DNA of 64,000 nucleotides, taken from positions 22,751-86,750 of IMG/VR virus record IMGVR_UViG_3300031998_000045; one strand, given 5' to 3'. The DNA is from a virus (Duplodnaviria > Caudoviricetes). Positions 44,245 to 53,764 of the stretch are shown here, piece after piece (position 1 is the stretch's first letter; each line of letters opens with the position of its first letter). Made by a program: the position numbers and the translations under genes. The notes under the pieces were generated by a model, which worked only from the letters and a program-made list of their open reading frames with translations, searched no databases and was not told where the DNA came from.

Positions 44245-45213
44245 TCATGGCTGCGGCTTCTCAAGCAGATCTTCAAAGGATGCAAGCACTTGGCTCTCAA
44301 AGCTGTCTCTTTCTTCTTTGATTGTCTTCTTCCATGGCAAGAAGTCTTTGAGAGCTTTGTCATATGTGTCAATGCCAAGCTGAACTTTCTTGCATATCTC
44401 TAGAATGTTGAAGAAGCCATACTCGATCTTCCACTTGCTTGGGATGGCAACATCAACATCATTCCAAGCTGAGCCTTCTCTTGAAGTGATCACAACTAAG
44501 TCTCTCAAGCATGCTTCTCTTGGTATGCGGTCTCTTCCTGGATGCCAGCCTAGATCTAAATACACTTTTGCAATGTCCATGATGCTAGCCATCTGCTCAG
44601 TGCTGAAGCCGGTCAAAGGCATGAACTTGAGATGCGGCATAGATGAAGCTACTAGCTGTGTAACGCTCTGTTCTTTTGCTGGATTGTACAGAACTAAGTC
44701 AGCTCTCTTGCATTTTGAAGCTGGAGCAAAGAACTCATCAGAGATCGGGTCTTTCAGCGGTCTGATGTTCTGGACTCCCATGCTCTTGCAGAAGCTCTCA
44801 GCATAGAAGCTCTGGATGAAGTTGCAGTCAATTTTCTTAGACTTCAGAAGATCAACTAGATGCATCTTTGACAGGTCGGGGTCATTGACAAGCATGAATG
44901 TGTTGACCGACAGCCACCATAATGCTCGTTTTGACTTGACTATCTGGTCAAGAACACCAAGAGCTATTCCCTCTGGGATGACAACAAGTGTGTCTTCGCT
45001 GTCAAGTATAGATGTGACTATCTTGACATTGTACTTCTCTAGCCCAGGAATCACACTTTGTGAAGCGTCTATGTGCATCACGGCTGCATCATATCCATTC
45101 TTTGCCAGAATGCTGCATGCTTGATAGATGCATTCCGGGCCGCCAGTCTTCTTAGCTATGCATAGAAACACCACTCTTCTGCATCTGCTTGCCTCGTATA
45201 CTTCAGAGTCCAT
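44245..45213 (-). CDS. Putative GT-B glycosyltransferase
   Basis: TGGPECIYQ, YNPAK, AKVYLDLGWHPGRDRIPREA. Confidence 0.75.
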   Translation of the reverse strand: MDSEVYEASRCRRVVFLCIAKKTGGPECIYQACSILAKNGYDAAVMHIDASQSVIPGLEKYNVKIVTSILDSEDTLVVIPEGIALGVLDQIVKSKRALWWLSVNTFMLVNDPDLSKMHLVDLLKSKKIDCNFIQSFYAESFCKSMGVQNIRPLKDPISDEFFAPASKCKRADLVLYNPAKEQSVTQLVASSMPHLKFMPLTGFSTEQMASIMDIAKVYLDLGWHPGRDRIPREACLRDLVVITSREGSAWNDVDVAIPSKWKIEYGFFNILEICKKVQLGIDTYDKALKDFLPWKKTIKEERDSFESQVLASFEDLLEKPQP

Positions 45214-45288
45214 GTCTATAATGTACAAAAAATGCTGGACATCTGTCCAGCATTTTTATTGTGTGTTTATTTTTTTTTCAAGTGCAGA

Positions 45289-46050
45289 TCAGAAGAAGTC
45301 AAACTGCAGCTGTGTCGTGTCTCCGGTGTCTTCATTTCTGACAACAGCTGTAGCTGTGCCATAGCTGTTCTTGGCATCATTGCTCATCATCTGCAGCAGC
45401 TCTGCCAGAGCATTATGGTCAAAGAAGTATGCAGTCTGTCCATTGTATTCAAAGACATCATCATCCATCCAGCCGCCATTTGCATCTAGATATGCTGCAA
45501 GATTATTGAATGATCCGATCGGAGGAGTCATCACAGTGCCATTGACATCAATCTCGCAGTTGACTTGACCAGCAGCTTCACAGATGCTCTCATCTTCAAG
45601 CAGGTCTTCTGACTCTTGGAATCCAAAGCGGCTCAAGCAGTGTCTTGTCAGCTCTCTGAACTCAGTGAATGCTCTTGGATTCCAGTCTCCGCACATTTCT
45701 GCCGACTTGGCACTCTTCAATGCGCGGTAGACATATATTGCTTTTTCATCTGAATACGCATATTCTTCCCAGACAACAGTCAAGCGGTGGACTACATTTC
45801 CATTGTGCGGAGCGCCCTTTGATATTGGGCAATATTCAAACACAGCAGGATCTTTTTCATTCCACCAGTCTTCTAGCTCTTGGAATGTCTTCATCTGTGC
45901 AAGACGTCTAACAACAACTAGTCCCTGCTTTATGAACTCGGCGCATGAGATCTAGCAGTACTCAGCAATGTCTTCATTGAGAGCTCTAAGCTGCTTTCTC
46001 CAGTATGCAAGAGCTTCACAGATGTACTTTCTTGAATATCTCTTCTTCAT
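45289..46050 (-). CDS. Hypothetical protein, 253 aa, one in-frame TAG
   Basis: ATG 46050 (MKKRYSRKYICEALAYWRKQL) is in frame with track ORF 45289-45894 through one TAG. Confidence 0.7.
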
Positions 46051-46071
46051 TGCCTGTCTTTCAATAAGTCA

Positions 46072-46644
46072 TCACTTCAAGCTTGTAAACTCACCCTTTG
46101 TGCTGTTCTCAAGCTCCCAGTAGAGAGATCTGAACTAGACATCAAATGTTGATGTGTCACCGCCGACATATGTCAGCTGTGTGTTGCCCACAGACTTGAC
46201 ATCTACACCGACAAACTTGTATGTCTGGATGACAGTCTCGTTGTCCTTGTCAAACAGCTCAAGACGTATAGTAGAGTTGTGGACACCTCTGTCACCTTCA
46301 AACAATGAGCCTTCAGATATTGCAGCATTCATTGTCTTGTTGAGCCACATGAGGAATAGACGTCTATTTGTGCCGTTCACATCATCAAGCACGGTCATTG
46401 TGTGGTCCTGGTCCATTATCATCCTTGTTGGGACGAGCGGCATCTCGTATCCCTTGAATGACACATTTACATATTCAATTGACCGCTGTGGAATGCTGAA
46501 TGTCTGGCCAAAGATCAGCACATCATCCATTTTAGCATCAATGTCTGAATATCCGGTCACAATGCTGATCTAAAACTGGTTAGTGCAGCGTATAGTGTCT
46601 GCAGTTGCAGCATTCAAAAACCGGTCTAAAGAGTTAACAGCCAT
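46072..46644 (-). CDS. Tail tube protein (T4 gp19-like), 190 aa, 2 in-frame TAG
   Basis: RCTNQF*ISI...; C-terminal STFDV*FRSLYWE matches the gp19 TFDVTFxYxxW pattern; GTAAATA upstream. Confidence 0.8.
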
Positions 46645-46682
46645 GGTTAGTCTTCCTTGTAGAAAAATTTTTTAAGCATAGT

Positions 46683-47168
46683 TTATTTACACTTTGACTA
46701 TGCGGACTCTCTAGATCTCTCTTCATCAAGATACTCTTTCAGCTTGTCTAGGAACTCAGCAATGTCGATGTACTCTTGAACAAATTTGGCACGCTGCTCA
46801 TCATCCATCTCTTTGATGTACGGCACTCCGGCATCATCAGCTCTTGGATGCATGAACAGATAATGTCTAAGCCACATGTCTATCTCATGCCGGTGCTTGC
46901 CCAAGAAGCCAGGCAATGACTTCCGCCTCTTCGGCTTTGGAGTGTCTTGAGGCGCATCCAGCATGCTCTAGAGAAGGCTCTGCTCAGCAGTCTTAGGCTT
47001 CAAGAGCTCAGCTTTCTTCTGACGGCGCTCTCTTCGTCTCTGCTGCCGGTCAGCCCGCTTCTAGCTTTTAGACTGCTGAGAAGCTGAAAGTGAAGGATCA
47101 GGTGATGTAGAGCTCTCATTGTCCGCTAGACCGCATGAAAGCTGTCCGTCAACATATGGTTCTTCCAT
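46683..47168 (-). CDS. Hypothetical protein, 161 aa, 3 in-frame TAG
   Basis: ATG 47168 after GTAAATA, in frame with track ORF 46698-46964, ends TAA 46683. Confidence 0.65.
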
Positions 47169-47213
47169 GTCTATTATTTACACATTTCAACATGCGGCAA
47201 AGTAAATATAATT

Positions 47214-48101
47214 ATGAATTTCATACAGTCATATCTAGCTAGCAGCATGTCAATGCTGAATGAGTCATTTTCAGCACTTCAAGAGGGAATGCATTTCCAT
47301 GACTACATAGACAATGCTAAGAGAAAGCTGATGTCAGCATTCACTGACATGAATGCTGACTAGGCTAGCAAATGTGTGCGGACAGCCATCGATGCATTTG
47401 GACCAAGCTGGCTTTGGAATGATGGCAAACGATGGAAGCTTCTTGTGAAAGCTGTCACTATTGCATGCGATGAATGTGAGACTGCATATGATGCACAGAA
47501 GTTTCTAGAAGATGAGTCAAAGATGCTGGCAAGAAGAATGCAGTTTCTTGAAGCATAGAGCGACAGCCCAAGCATAGCTCAAGAAATAGCTGCTATGTCA
47601 TATGATGAGCTGCTAGACAAGTCTGATGCGGCTATGAGCAAAGAGACTGACTAGCCAGCTGATGCATCAGACAAGCACTACTCTATTGTGCCAATTGAGT
47701 CATATGAGCAGTTCAACTAGATGTTCGGTGGAAATGTGACTGGCTGGAATGGCAGCGCATGGTGCCATGCAAACAGCAGATCTAGCTATGACTCATACTG
47801 CCCAGACAATGCTAAGCGTCAGATGTTTGTGTTTGCTCAAGACGGCTGGCAAGACATAGCACCGTCATCATCTGAACTAGACAGCCAAAGTCCATATGGC
47901 ACGTATGGACTGTCACTTGTCGCAGTTGTTGTTGACACTGCAACAGGACGGCTAGTGAATGAGAACACTAGATGGAACCACAAGAAAAGTCCGTTCAACG
48001 GCTTAGTTGACAATGCATTTGACGACAGCTGGCAGCTTCTAGACAAGATGCTTGGCTTCAATGCTCATGAAGAAGTGATGAAAGTCCTTGGTCTAAGATA
48101 A
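47214..48101 (+). CDS. Hypothetical protein, 295 aa, 4 in-frame TAG
   Basis: ATG after GTAAATA joins track ORFs 47376 and 47721; WCHAN, YGLSLVA, TRWNH motifs. Confidence 0.75.
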
Positions 48102-48103
48102 TG

Positions 48104-48832
48104 TCAGATCTTGAAAATCAAAGATGATCTATCTATATCTATGAACTTTGTCTTAGCTGGAACTAGCCATTCTTTTTCTGACATGTTGATCTCATTGATG
48201 ATTGTCTACGGTCTTATTCCTATTTTAAATGGCGAAGACATGTCATCTAGAATGTCTTGTTTTTTCTTGAGAATGCTGCATATCCAGCTTTTCTAGTTGC
48301 ACTAATTCAGATATTCATCATCTTCATCTTCATTGACAGCATAATGATGCTTTACTGCAGCCGTAAGATCATCATCTAAGTGCCATGCCCACTAGTTGAG
48401 AACATATTTGAATATGAATATGAATTCTGACAAGAACAGCAAAGGCTTGCTGCAGCTTTGAACAGTAAGCACGCAGTCTCCAAAGTTTACTGCTACATCA
48501 AAATCTGTGCTGAAAGACATTGAACTTTTCAAATTTGAATATGATGTTGCTAGAATTGAATTCTTTTCAGACTAAAATAGTCCTCTGTACAAAGGACCAT
48601 TGCATATGCTGCCAAATGACTTTATGCATCTATTGATGATTGCATCAGCTTCAACCCCAGCTATCTTTTTCTCAAATCTGTTGTCTTTGGGAATTGTGCA
48701 TAGAAACATAAGATCATCAAATGTAGCACCATCCGGAGAAACTTCTAGAGAAGCACAATTTTTTAGACATAGCTAGTCAAAAAAATTGACTAACTTAGTA
48801 TTTTCTTGCTATATATGCTATGCTAATTCCAT
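48104..48832 (-). CDS. Putative ADP-ribosyltransferase (R-S-E type), 242 aa, code 15 only
   Basis: Absent from track; frame open except for TAG; GPLYRG, MSFSTDFDVAVNFG, SEKEWLVP. Confidence 0.65.
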
Positions 48833-48865
48833 TTATGCTAATTATATATCTACTATTCTTTAGCA

Positions 48866-49333
48866 TCAGCCGCCTTTGAGCTGCTTCTCAGTTATCACAT
48901 GGAACTCATATCCCTTTGACTTTGCCAATGCTCTGGCGGCTTCCCATTTGCTCTGGTTAGTCATCCAAGTGAGCATTGTCTTTGGATTGCTCTTTGCTTT
49001 GCCTGTAGGAGGCTTAGTCTCTGACTCAGGCTTTATCTCAACCCAGATTGTCTTGTGGACTGGGCCGACTTTCACAACCATTGAGAAGTCTATGAAGTAG
49101 CGCCGGACTTTGCCCTTTGCTCTGTCAAAGTACTTTATAGTTGTTCCTTCATATCCCCATGACACAACGTTTGGATTGCGGTCTACATACATCATGAAAG
49201 ACAGCTCAAGAGAAGACTTGTAGATGATGTGCTTGTCTTTTCCAGCATACTTCTCTGGGTGCTAGGGGATGAACTCCCCAGTTGCAGCTCGAGAGTACTT
49301 CCCTCTTCTGCTCTTGTCAGCGACATGTATCAT
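48866..49333 (-). CDS. Head completion nuclease (T4 gp4 / TnsA-like), one in-frame TAG
   Basis: GEFIP*HPEKYAG...IIYKSSLELSFMMYVDRNPNVVSWGYE...YFIDF...EIKP. Confidence 0.85.
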
Positions 49334-49346
49334 TGTGCTATAGCCC

Positions 49347-50417
49347 TCACTGCATCAAGAACATCTTCCTGCAGTCATCTTCAGACAGCATTGAAGACTT
49401 CTTAGATGCTCTCTCTTTCTTCCACTTTCCATTGCATGTCATCCACAGTTTCATCTGCAGCTTGTCCATGACCATGCTGTCAAGCTTCTTCTCATCTGAG
49501 AATGCTTTGACATCATCATGTGAGATTATATACTCATTGATGTCTTTCTCAGGCGTTGTCTCATCAAACCACTTGAATATCTTCGCAGCTCGCCCAGTCT
49601 CAACCATCTTCATTGTTGCAGCAAATCCAGCTGTGTCATTGTCAAATGCAATGCACACTTCATGATGCGGCCACCGTTGTGTGATGAGCTTCATCTGGTA
49701 GTCAGTTATGCTCTTTGTACCAGATGCAATGCCATTCTTGACAAACAAGCTGTCATACACTCCCTCAAACACAAATATCTTCCCATAGCTTGGATCAACA
49801 TTGTCAAGACCGTACAGCAGCTTCTTCTTGCTCTTCGGAAACACATACTTCATCTGCCGGATCTTCAAGAAGTCATTCACTTGGTAGTATGCTTCAACAC
49901 CGTTCAGCTTCCACGGTATCAAGATGTACTCTTCTTCAGGCTTGTCTTTCGACCAAGTTGAGAACAGCGGCTCTTTCAAAAATGGAGCTTCAAGCACTCT
50001 TCTAGCTTTCAAGTACTCTGTGGCTTTCTCTGAGAGAGGATGCTTCATTGACTGGTTGAGAATGCTCTTCAGATTGAAGACATTCGGCTCTTCAGGGTCA
50101 ACATATGTTGTTGATGAAAGTGATGAGCTTAGCCCCGACTTTAGAAACAGGTCGATGTACTCTCTGTGTATTGACTCATAGTCTGGTCCAGAGAGAGCTT
50201 TCAGAAGCTTTATGCCTGGCATTGACAGGCCGCAGTTCCAGCAGTAGTATGAGCAGTCTTTGTCAATGTAGACCCATCCACGCTTCTTTGTTGCAGACTT
50301 CTTAGAGTCACCGCAGAATGGACATCTGACATTCACTCGTCCATTGACATTGACATATGGCTGAGGAAGATACTGCATTATCTTCTCAGCTAAGAATGCC
50401 CTATGCTCATAGTCCAT
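49347..50417 (-). CDS. DNA primase (T4 gp61-like)
   Basis: RCPFCGDS...YYCWNCG zinc ribbon; VFEGVYD and FDND TOPRIM motifs. Confidence 0.9.
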   Translation of the reverse strand: MDYEHRAFLAEKIMQYLPQPYVNVNGRVNVRCPFCGDSKKSATKKRGWVYIDKDCSYYCWNCGLSMPGIKLLKALSGPDYESIHREYIDLFLKSGLSSSLSSTTYVDPEEPNVFNLKSILNQSMKHPLSEKATEYLKARRVLEAPFLKEPLFSTWSKDKPEEEYILIPWKLNGVEAYYQVNDFLKIRQMKYVFPKSKKKLLYGLDNVDPSYGKIFVFEGVYDSLFVKNGIASGTKSITDYQMKLITQRWPHHEVCIAFDNDTAGFAATMKMVETGRAAKIFKWFDETTPEKDINEYIISHDDVKAFSDEKKLDSMVMDKLQMKLWMTCNGKWKKERASKKSSMLSEDDCRKMFLMQ

Positions 50418-50433
50418 TGTGCCGCGCATTGCT

Positions 50434-50904
50434 TCACTTCTTTTTATTATCTTCAGTCTTTAACTGCTTGTCATTGCTCTCCATTATCTCAAGCAGCTTC
50501 TTTCCAACAGCTTCTTCATTGCCAGATGTCAATGTTATGAGATCAGGGACAAGCTTCCACTTGTGAAGATCTAAGACTATTGCTTTCTCTTTTGTCATTG
50601 AGAATGTGCAGAGCCTGAAAGAGTTGTCAGCAAACTTCTTGTCTAAGCCGCCCTTCACGGCTGAGAACTTCTTGTACTTGAAGACATTCTCAATGATCCA
50701 TGCATTTGATGTGCATATGTCTTCTGACATCACAGCTTCGCCTTCTCCTCTCCAGAAAATGTGAAGCAAAGTGTATCTCAGCATGAAGTCAAGGTCTTTC
50801 TTGTTTGCCTTCAGATGAGACCACATCTTCAGATCTTTAGATGCAGTCTTGACAGCTGGATCATCAGACTCATTGAGCATTGCTATGTAGTCAGTTGTCA
50901 GCAT
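50434..50904 (-). CDS. Hypothetical protein
   Basis: Track ORF in replication operon. Confidence 0.7.
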   Translation of the reverse strand: MLTTDYIAMLNESDDPAVKTASKDLKMWSHLKANKKDLDFMLRYTLLHIFWRGEGEAVMSEDICTSNAWIIENVFKYKKFSAVKGGLDKKFADNSFRLCTFSMTKEKAIVLDLHKWKLVPDLITLTSGNEEAVGKKLLEIMESNDKQLKTEDNKKK

Positions 50905-50908
50905 GTCA

Positions 50909-51688
50909 TCATCCCTTCATGAAGCTGCAGTACAAGTTGATGTTCAAAGCTGCACCATTCTTTCCGGCAACCTTCTGCTTGCTCAGCAAGAAGTTCTTGT
51001 CAGTCAGAGCAATGCTGATGTCATTTGACTGCACACAGTTGAACAAGTTCAGACGCTGCATGTCAATGACCAATGTCTTGCCAGGTGGAATCTGGCCGAA
51101 TGTCACAAGCCCCATCTTGAGAGTTATCTCTTTGCCAAGGTCTACATTTCTGTTTCCAAGAGTTGCAAACACCGCATTCTTCTCCATGTCATCTTTTGTC
51201 TCAAGATATATGTTGACTGACTTTGAGCTGTCAAACAAGAAAGAATGCCCATTCAACTGCTTGATGAGGTCACTAGTTGTCTTCATCTCAAAGACATTCA
51301 CAAGCTTTGCTTCAATCTTCTTTGAGATCCACTGTGAAATTGTTGACTCATTGCATGTTGAGTACTTCATCTTCATCTTAGATGACTTGAACATCAAGTT
51401 TGGCTTGCTGTAGCTTATGCTGAGCTCATCAATTGAGTCTTTATGCACGCTCTTGACTGTTGTGAGAACTTTGTTGAGCATGCTTATGTCATCAATGCAG
51501 AAGTCAAATGAGTCATCTGACTTCACTGCATTGGTTGTCAGCTCACATCGTGCAATCATCTCACATGCACCATAGATCTCCAGTCCATTTGGAGAGAAGA
51601 TCATCTTTGCAGCCTTCACCATCTTGGCTGCAGCTTTCATGGTGTCAAAGAAGAGGTCAAAGTCTACTATGTCTATCTTGCTGCTCAT
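50909..51688 (-). CDS. Probable DNA sliding clamp (PCNA/gp45-like)
   Basis: 259 aa two-domain size, FSPNGLEIYG pattern, replication-block context. Confidence 0.55.
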   Translation of the reverse strand: MSSKIDIVDFDLFFDTMKAAAKMVKAAKMIFSPNGLEIYGACEMIARCELTTNAVKSDDSFDFCIDDISMLNKVLTTVKSVHKDSIDELSISYSKPNLMFKSSKMKMKYSTCNESTISQWISKKIEAKLVNVFEMKTTSDLIKQLNGHSFLFDSSKSVNIYLETKDDMEKNAVFATLGNRNVDLGKEITLKMGLVTFGQIPPGKTLVIDMQRLNLFNCVQSNDISIALTDKNFLLSKQKVAGKNGAALNINLYCSFMKG

Positions 51689-51690
51689 GC

Positions 51691-52449
51691 TTACATTGTA
51701 CTAGATGTTGACTTTTCTGCTTCACTGTTCATGATCTTCTCAACTTCTGAGTTCTTTGGAGGGGCAAAGTTCCACTTCTTCCTGAACTTGGCTTCATTGG
51801 CAAGGAAATGCGGTGAGAGAATAGACTTGCCGACTGAGTAGTGGCAGAGGTCTTTCTGCACTAGCACACCGATCTTCAGCTTGAGCTTCATGAATGCCTG
51901 CATTGAGATGTCTGTGTCATACAAGTCAAAACCCTCATACTGTTCGTCAAACCTCAGCTCAGACTCAAGAGCTTTTCTTGAGAAAGCCATGAACAAGCCG
52001 TCAATGCATGCAACTTCAGCATCCATCACATTTGGAGAGTGGCTGCTGAACCATGAAGTCTGGTCACCAAGCTCTCCATGTGTGACGCATCCCCACTTGC
52101 TTGAAGGGTCATTGTTGCTTGCTGTCCACCAGTTGAGAGGGCTTGACCCTATTGAGAAGTGAGAAGTGCCGCACAAGCCGACTAAGTCATATTTTGGCCC
52201 AGCATCTCTCATATGCGGAAGAAGCATGTCAGGATTGAATGACACGTCAGCATGCATGAACACCAGCCAGTCATGCTTGGCATCTTTCTTCTCTTCATCT
52301 AAGAACTTGTTGTACACTTTGGCAATCGGCTCAGTGTTGCCAGCTATCTGCACAACTTCGCACTCTACTCCATCACAGCCCTTCTCAAGAGCTTCTCTGC
52401 TCATCTTGAAGCTGTCATCTTTTGAAACTACTACAAACTTTATTGTCAT
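51691..52449 (-). CDS. GT-A glycosyltransferase-like protein
   Basis: VYNKFL, VFMHADV, IDGLFMA, FDLYDTDIS. Confidence 0.75.
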   Translation of the reverse strand: MTIKFVVVSKDDSFKMSREALEKGCDGVECEVVQIAGNTEPIAKVYNKFLDEEKKDAKHDWLVFMHADVSFNPDMLLPHMRDAGPKYDLVGLCGTSHFSIGSSPLNWWTASNNDPSSKWGCVTHGELGDQTSWFSSHSPNVMDAEVACIDGLFMAFSRKALESELRFDEQYEGFDLYDTDISMQAFMKLKLKIGVLVQKDLCHYSVGKSILSPHFLANEAKFRKKWNFAPPKNSEVEKIMNSEAEKSTSSTM

Positions 52450-52465
52450 ATGATACGTCTCTTTC

Positions 52466-53011
52466 TCATGAGTTGAATTCTATTCTTTTGAACTGCTGTA
52501 TGATCCGTTGTGCATACAACTCTGGATCAGCTTTGCTGATGATGTCTGGCTTCGCATTGCCAACTGCTGCAAATGCAAGCTCTGTCTGTATTTTGACATC
52601 TTGCATTCGCCTGTAGTCTGGATCACACATTATCAAAATTCTGTCTTGCCAGTCATCTGGAAATCTTGTAGTCATTCTCTGAATGTTTCTTCCAAGCTCA
52701 TACATGCATATAGGCTGGTCAGAGTCTCCACCTGAAAACCACATTGAGAACAAATCCATTTCTTGAAGCCATTTGAACTCCCAAGATATCTGCTCTCTCG
52801 CAGCATTTGGATCATCAATTGGAAAATTGTCTCTTCTAGGATTGAAGACAACAAGCCGGTCAAGCTGGCCTGGATGTCTAATGTCATATTCTTTCAAGCA
52901 TTTGACCACATCAGCTTGCCAGTTAGGGCAATTTGTTATGCCTCCTGCTAGAAAGCATTTGATCTCTATTGAAAGCGGTGTGAATTCTTCTGGAGCAACT
53001 ACTATCTTCAT
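52466..53011 (-). CDS. Nucleoside 2-deoxyribosyltransferase-like protein
   Basis: FLAGGITNCPNWQ, FNPRR, QISWE, PICMYELG. Confidence 0.8.
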   Translation of the reverse strand: MKIVVAPEEFTPLSIEIKCFLAGGITNCPNWQADVVKCLKEYDIRHPGQLDRLVVFNPRRDNFPIDDPNAAREQISWEFKWLQEMDLFSMWFSGGDSDQPICMYELGRNIQRMTTRFPDDWQDRILIMCDPDYRRMQDVKIQTELAFAAVGNAKPDIISKADPELYAQRIIQQFKRIEFNS

Positions 53012-53031
53012 TTCATCTCCTCAAAAGCTTT

Positions 53032-53727
53032 TTAGTTCACACTAGCAACTAATGAGTCGGCTGAACCGTCATCAGACTCAGCATCTTCTATCATCACCCA
53101 GCGCTGAGCTTCTAGATGCTTGTCATTCATGCTGACTATCTTGTTGTTGCTGTCACTGACAACTCTGAAGTTCTTTGCTTCTTGTGAAGTCAGCCTCACC
53201 CATTGCTTCTGGTACACTTTGTCACCGTCATACTTCACTGAGATGTCACCTATTGTCACAATCTTCGGCTTCATCTTCTGGATAGGCTGCTGAACTGTCT
53301 GCTGCACAACCATCTGCTGTGGCATTGGCTGCATCTGCTGGACTGCAGCTGGCTGAGTGGCTGGCATGACGGGCTTTGGAGCTTCAGGCTCTCCATCTTT
53401 GAATGGGTCAATCTCTCTGATGACTTCAATTGTCTGGCCGCAGAGCTCATACTGGCTTTTTATCATCATGAACTCGGCTTTGTCAGCAACTTCTATCACA
53501 GTCGGCTTGCCACCGTCAAGATCATTTCTGACAGGACGCTTCATCGGCATGCCGTTGTTCTTGTCAGCGTCTTCATAGTCAATGTCAAATATCTGTATCT
53601 CAAGCTTGTGCTTTCTCTTTGGTCTAGCCATAGGAGCAGGCTTTGGAGCTTCTACTTTAGCAGCTTCTGAAGCTGGCACTGAATGAGCCACTACAGCTGG
53701 CATCTTGTTGTCTTTCTCTTCACTCAT
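53032..53727 (-). CDS. Hypothetical protein with Gln/Pro-rich linker
   Basis: Track ORF, start MSEEK. Confidence 0.7.
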   Translation of the reverse strand: MSEEKDNKMPAVVAHSVPASEAAKVEAPKPAPMARPKRKHKLEIQIFDIDYEDADKNNGMPMKRPVRNDLDGGKPTVIEVADKAEFMMIKSQYELCGQTIEVIREIDPFKDGEPEAPKPVMPATQPAAVQQMQPMPQQMVVQQTVQQPIQKMKPKIVTIGDISVKYDGDKVYQKQWVRLTSQEAKNFRVVSDSNNKIVSMNDKHLEAQRWVMIEDAESDDGSADSLVASVN

Positions 53728-53764
53728 AAATTGGACTTCTCCATTAGATAATAATGTACACATG

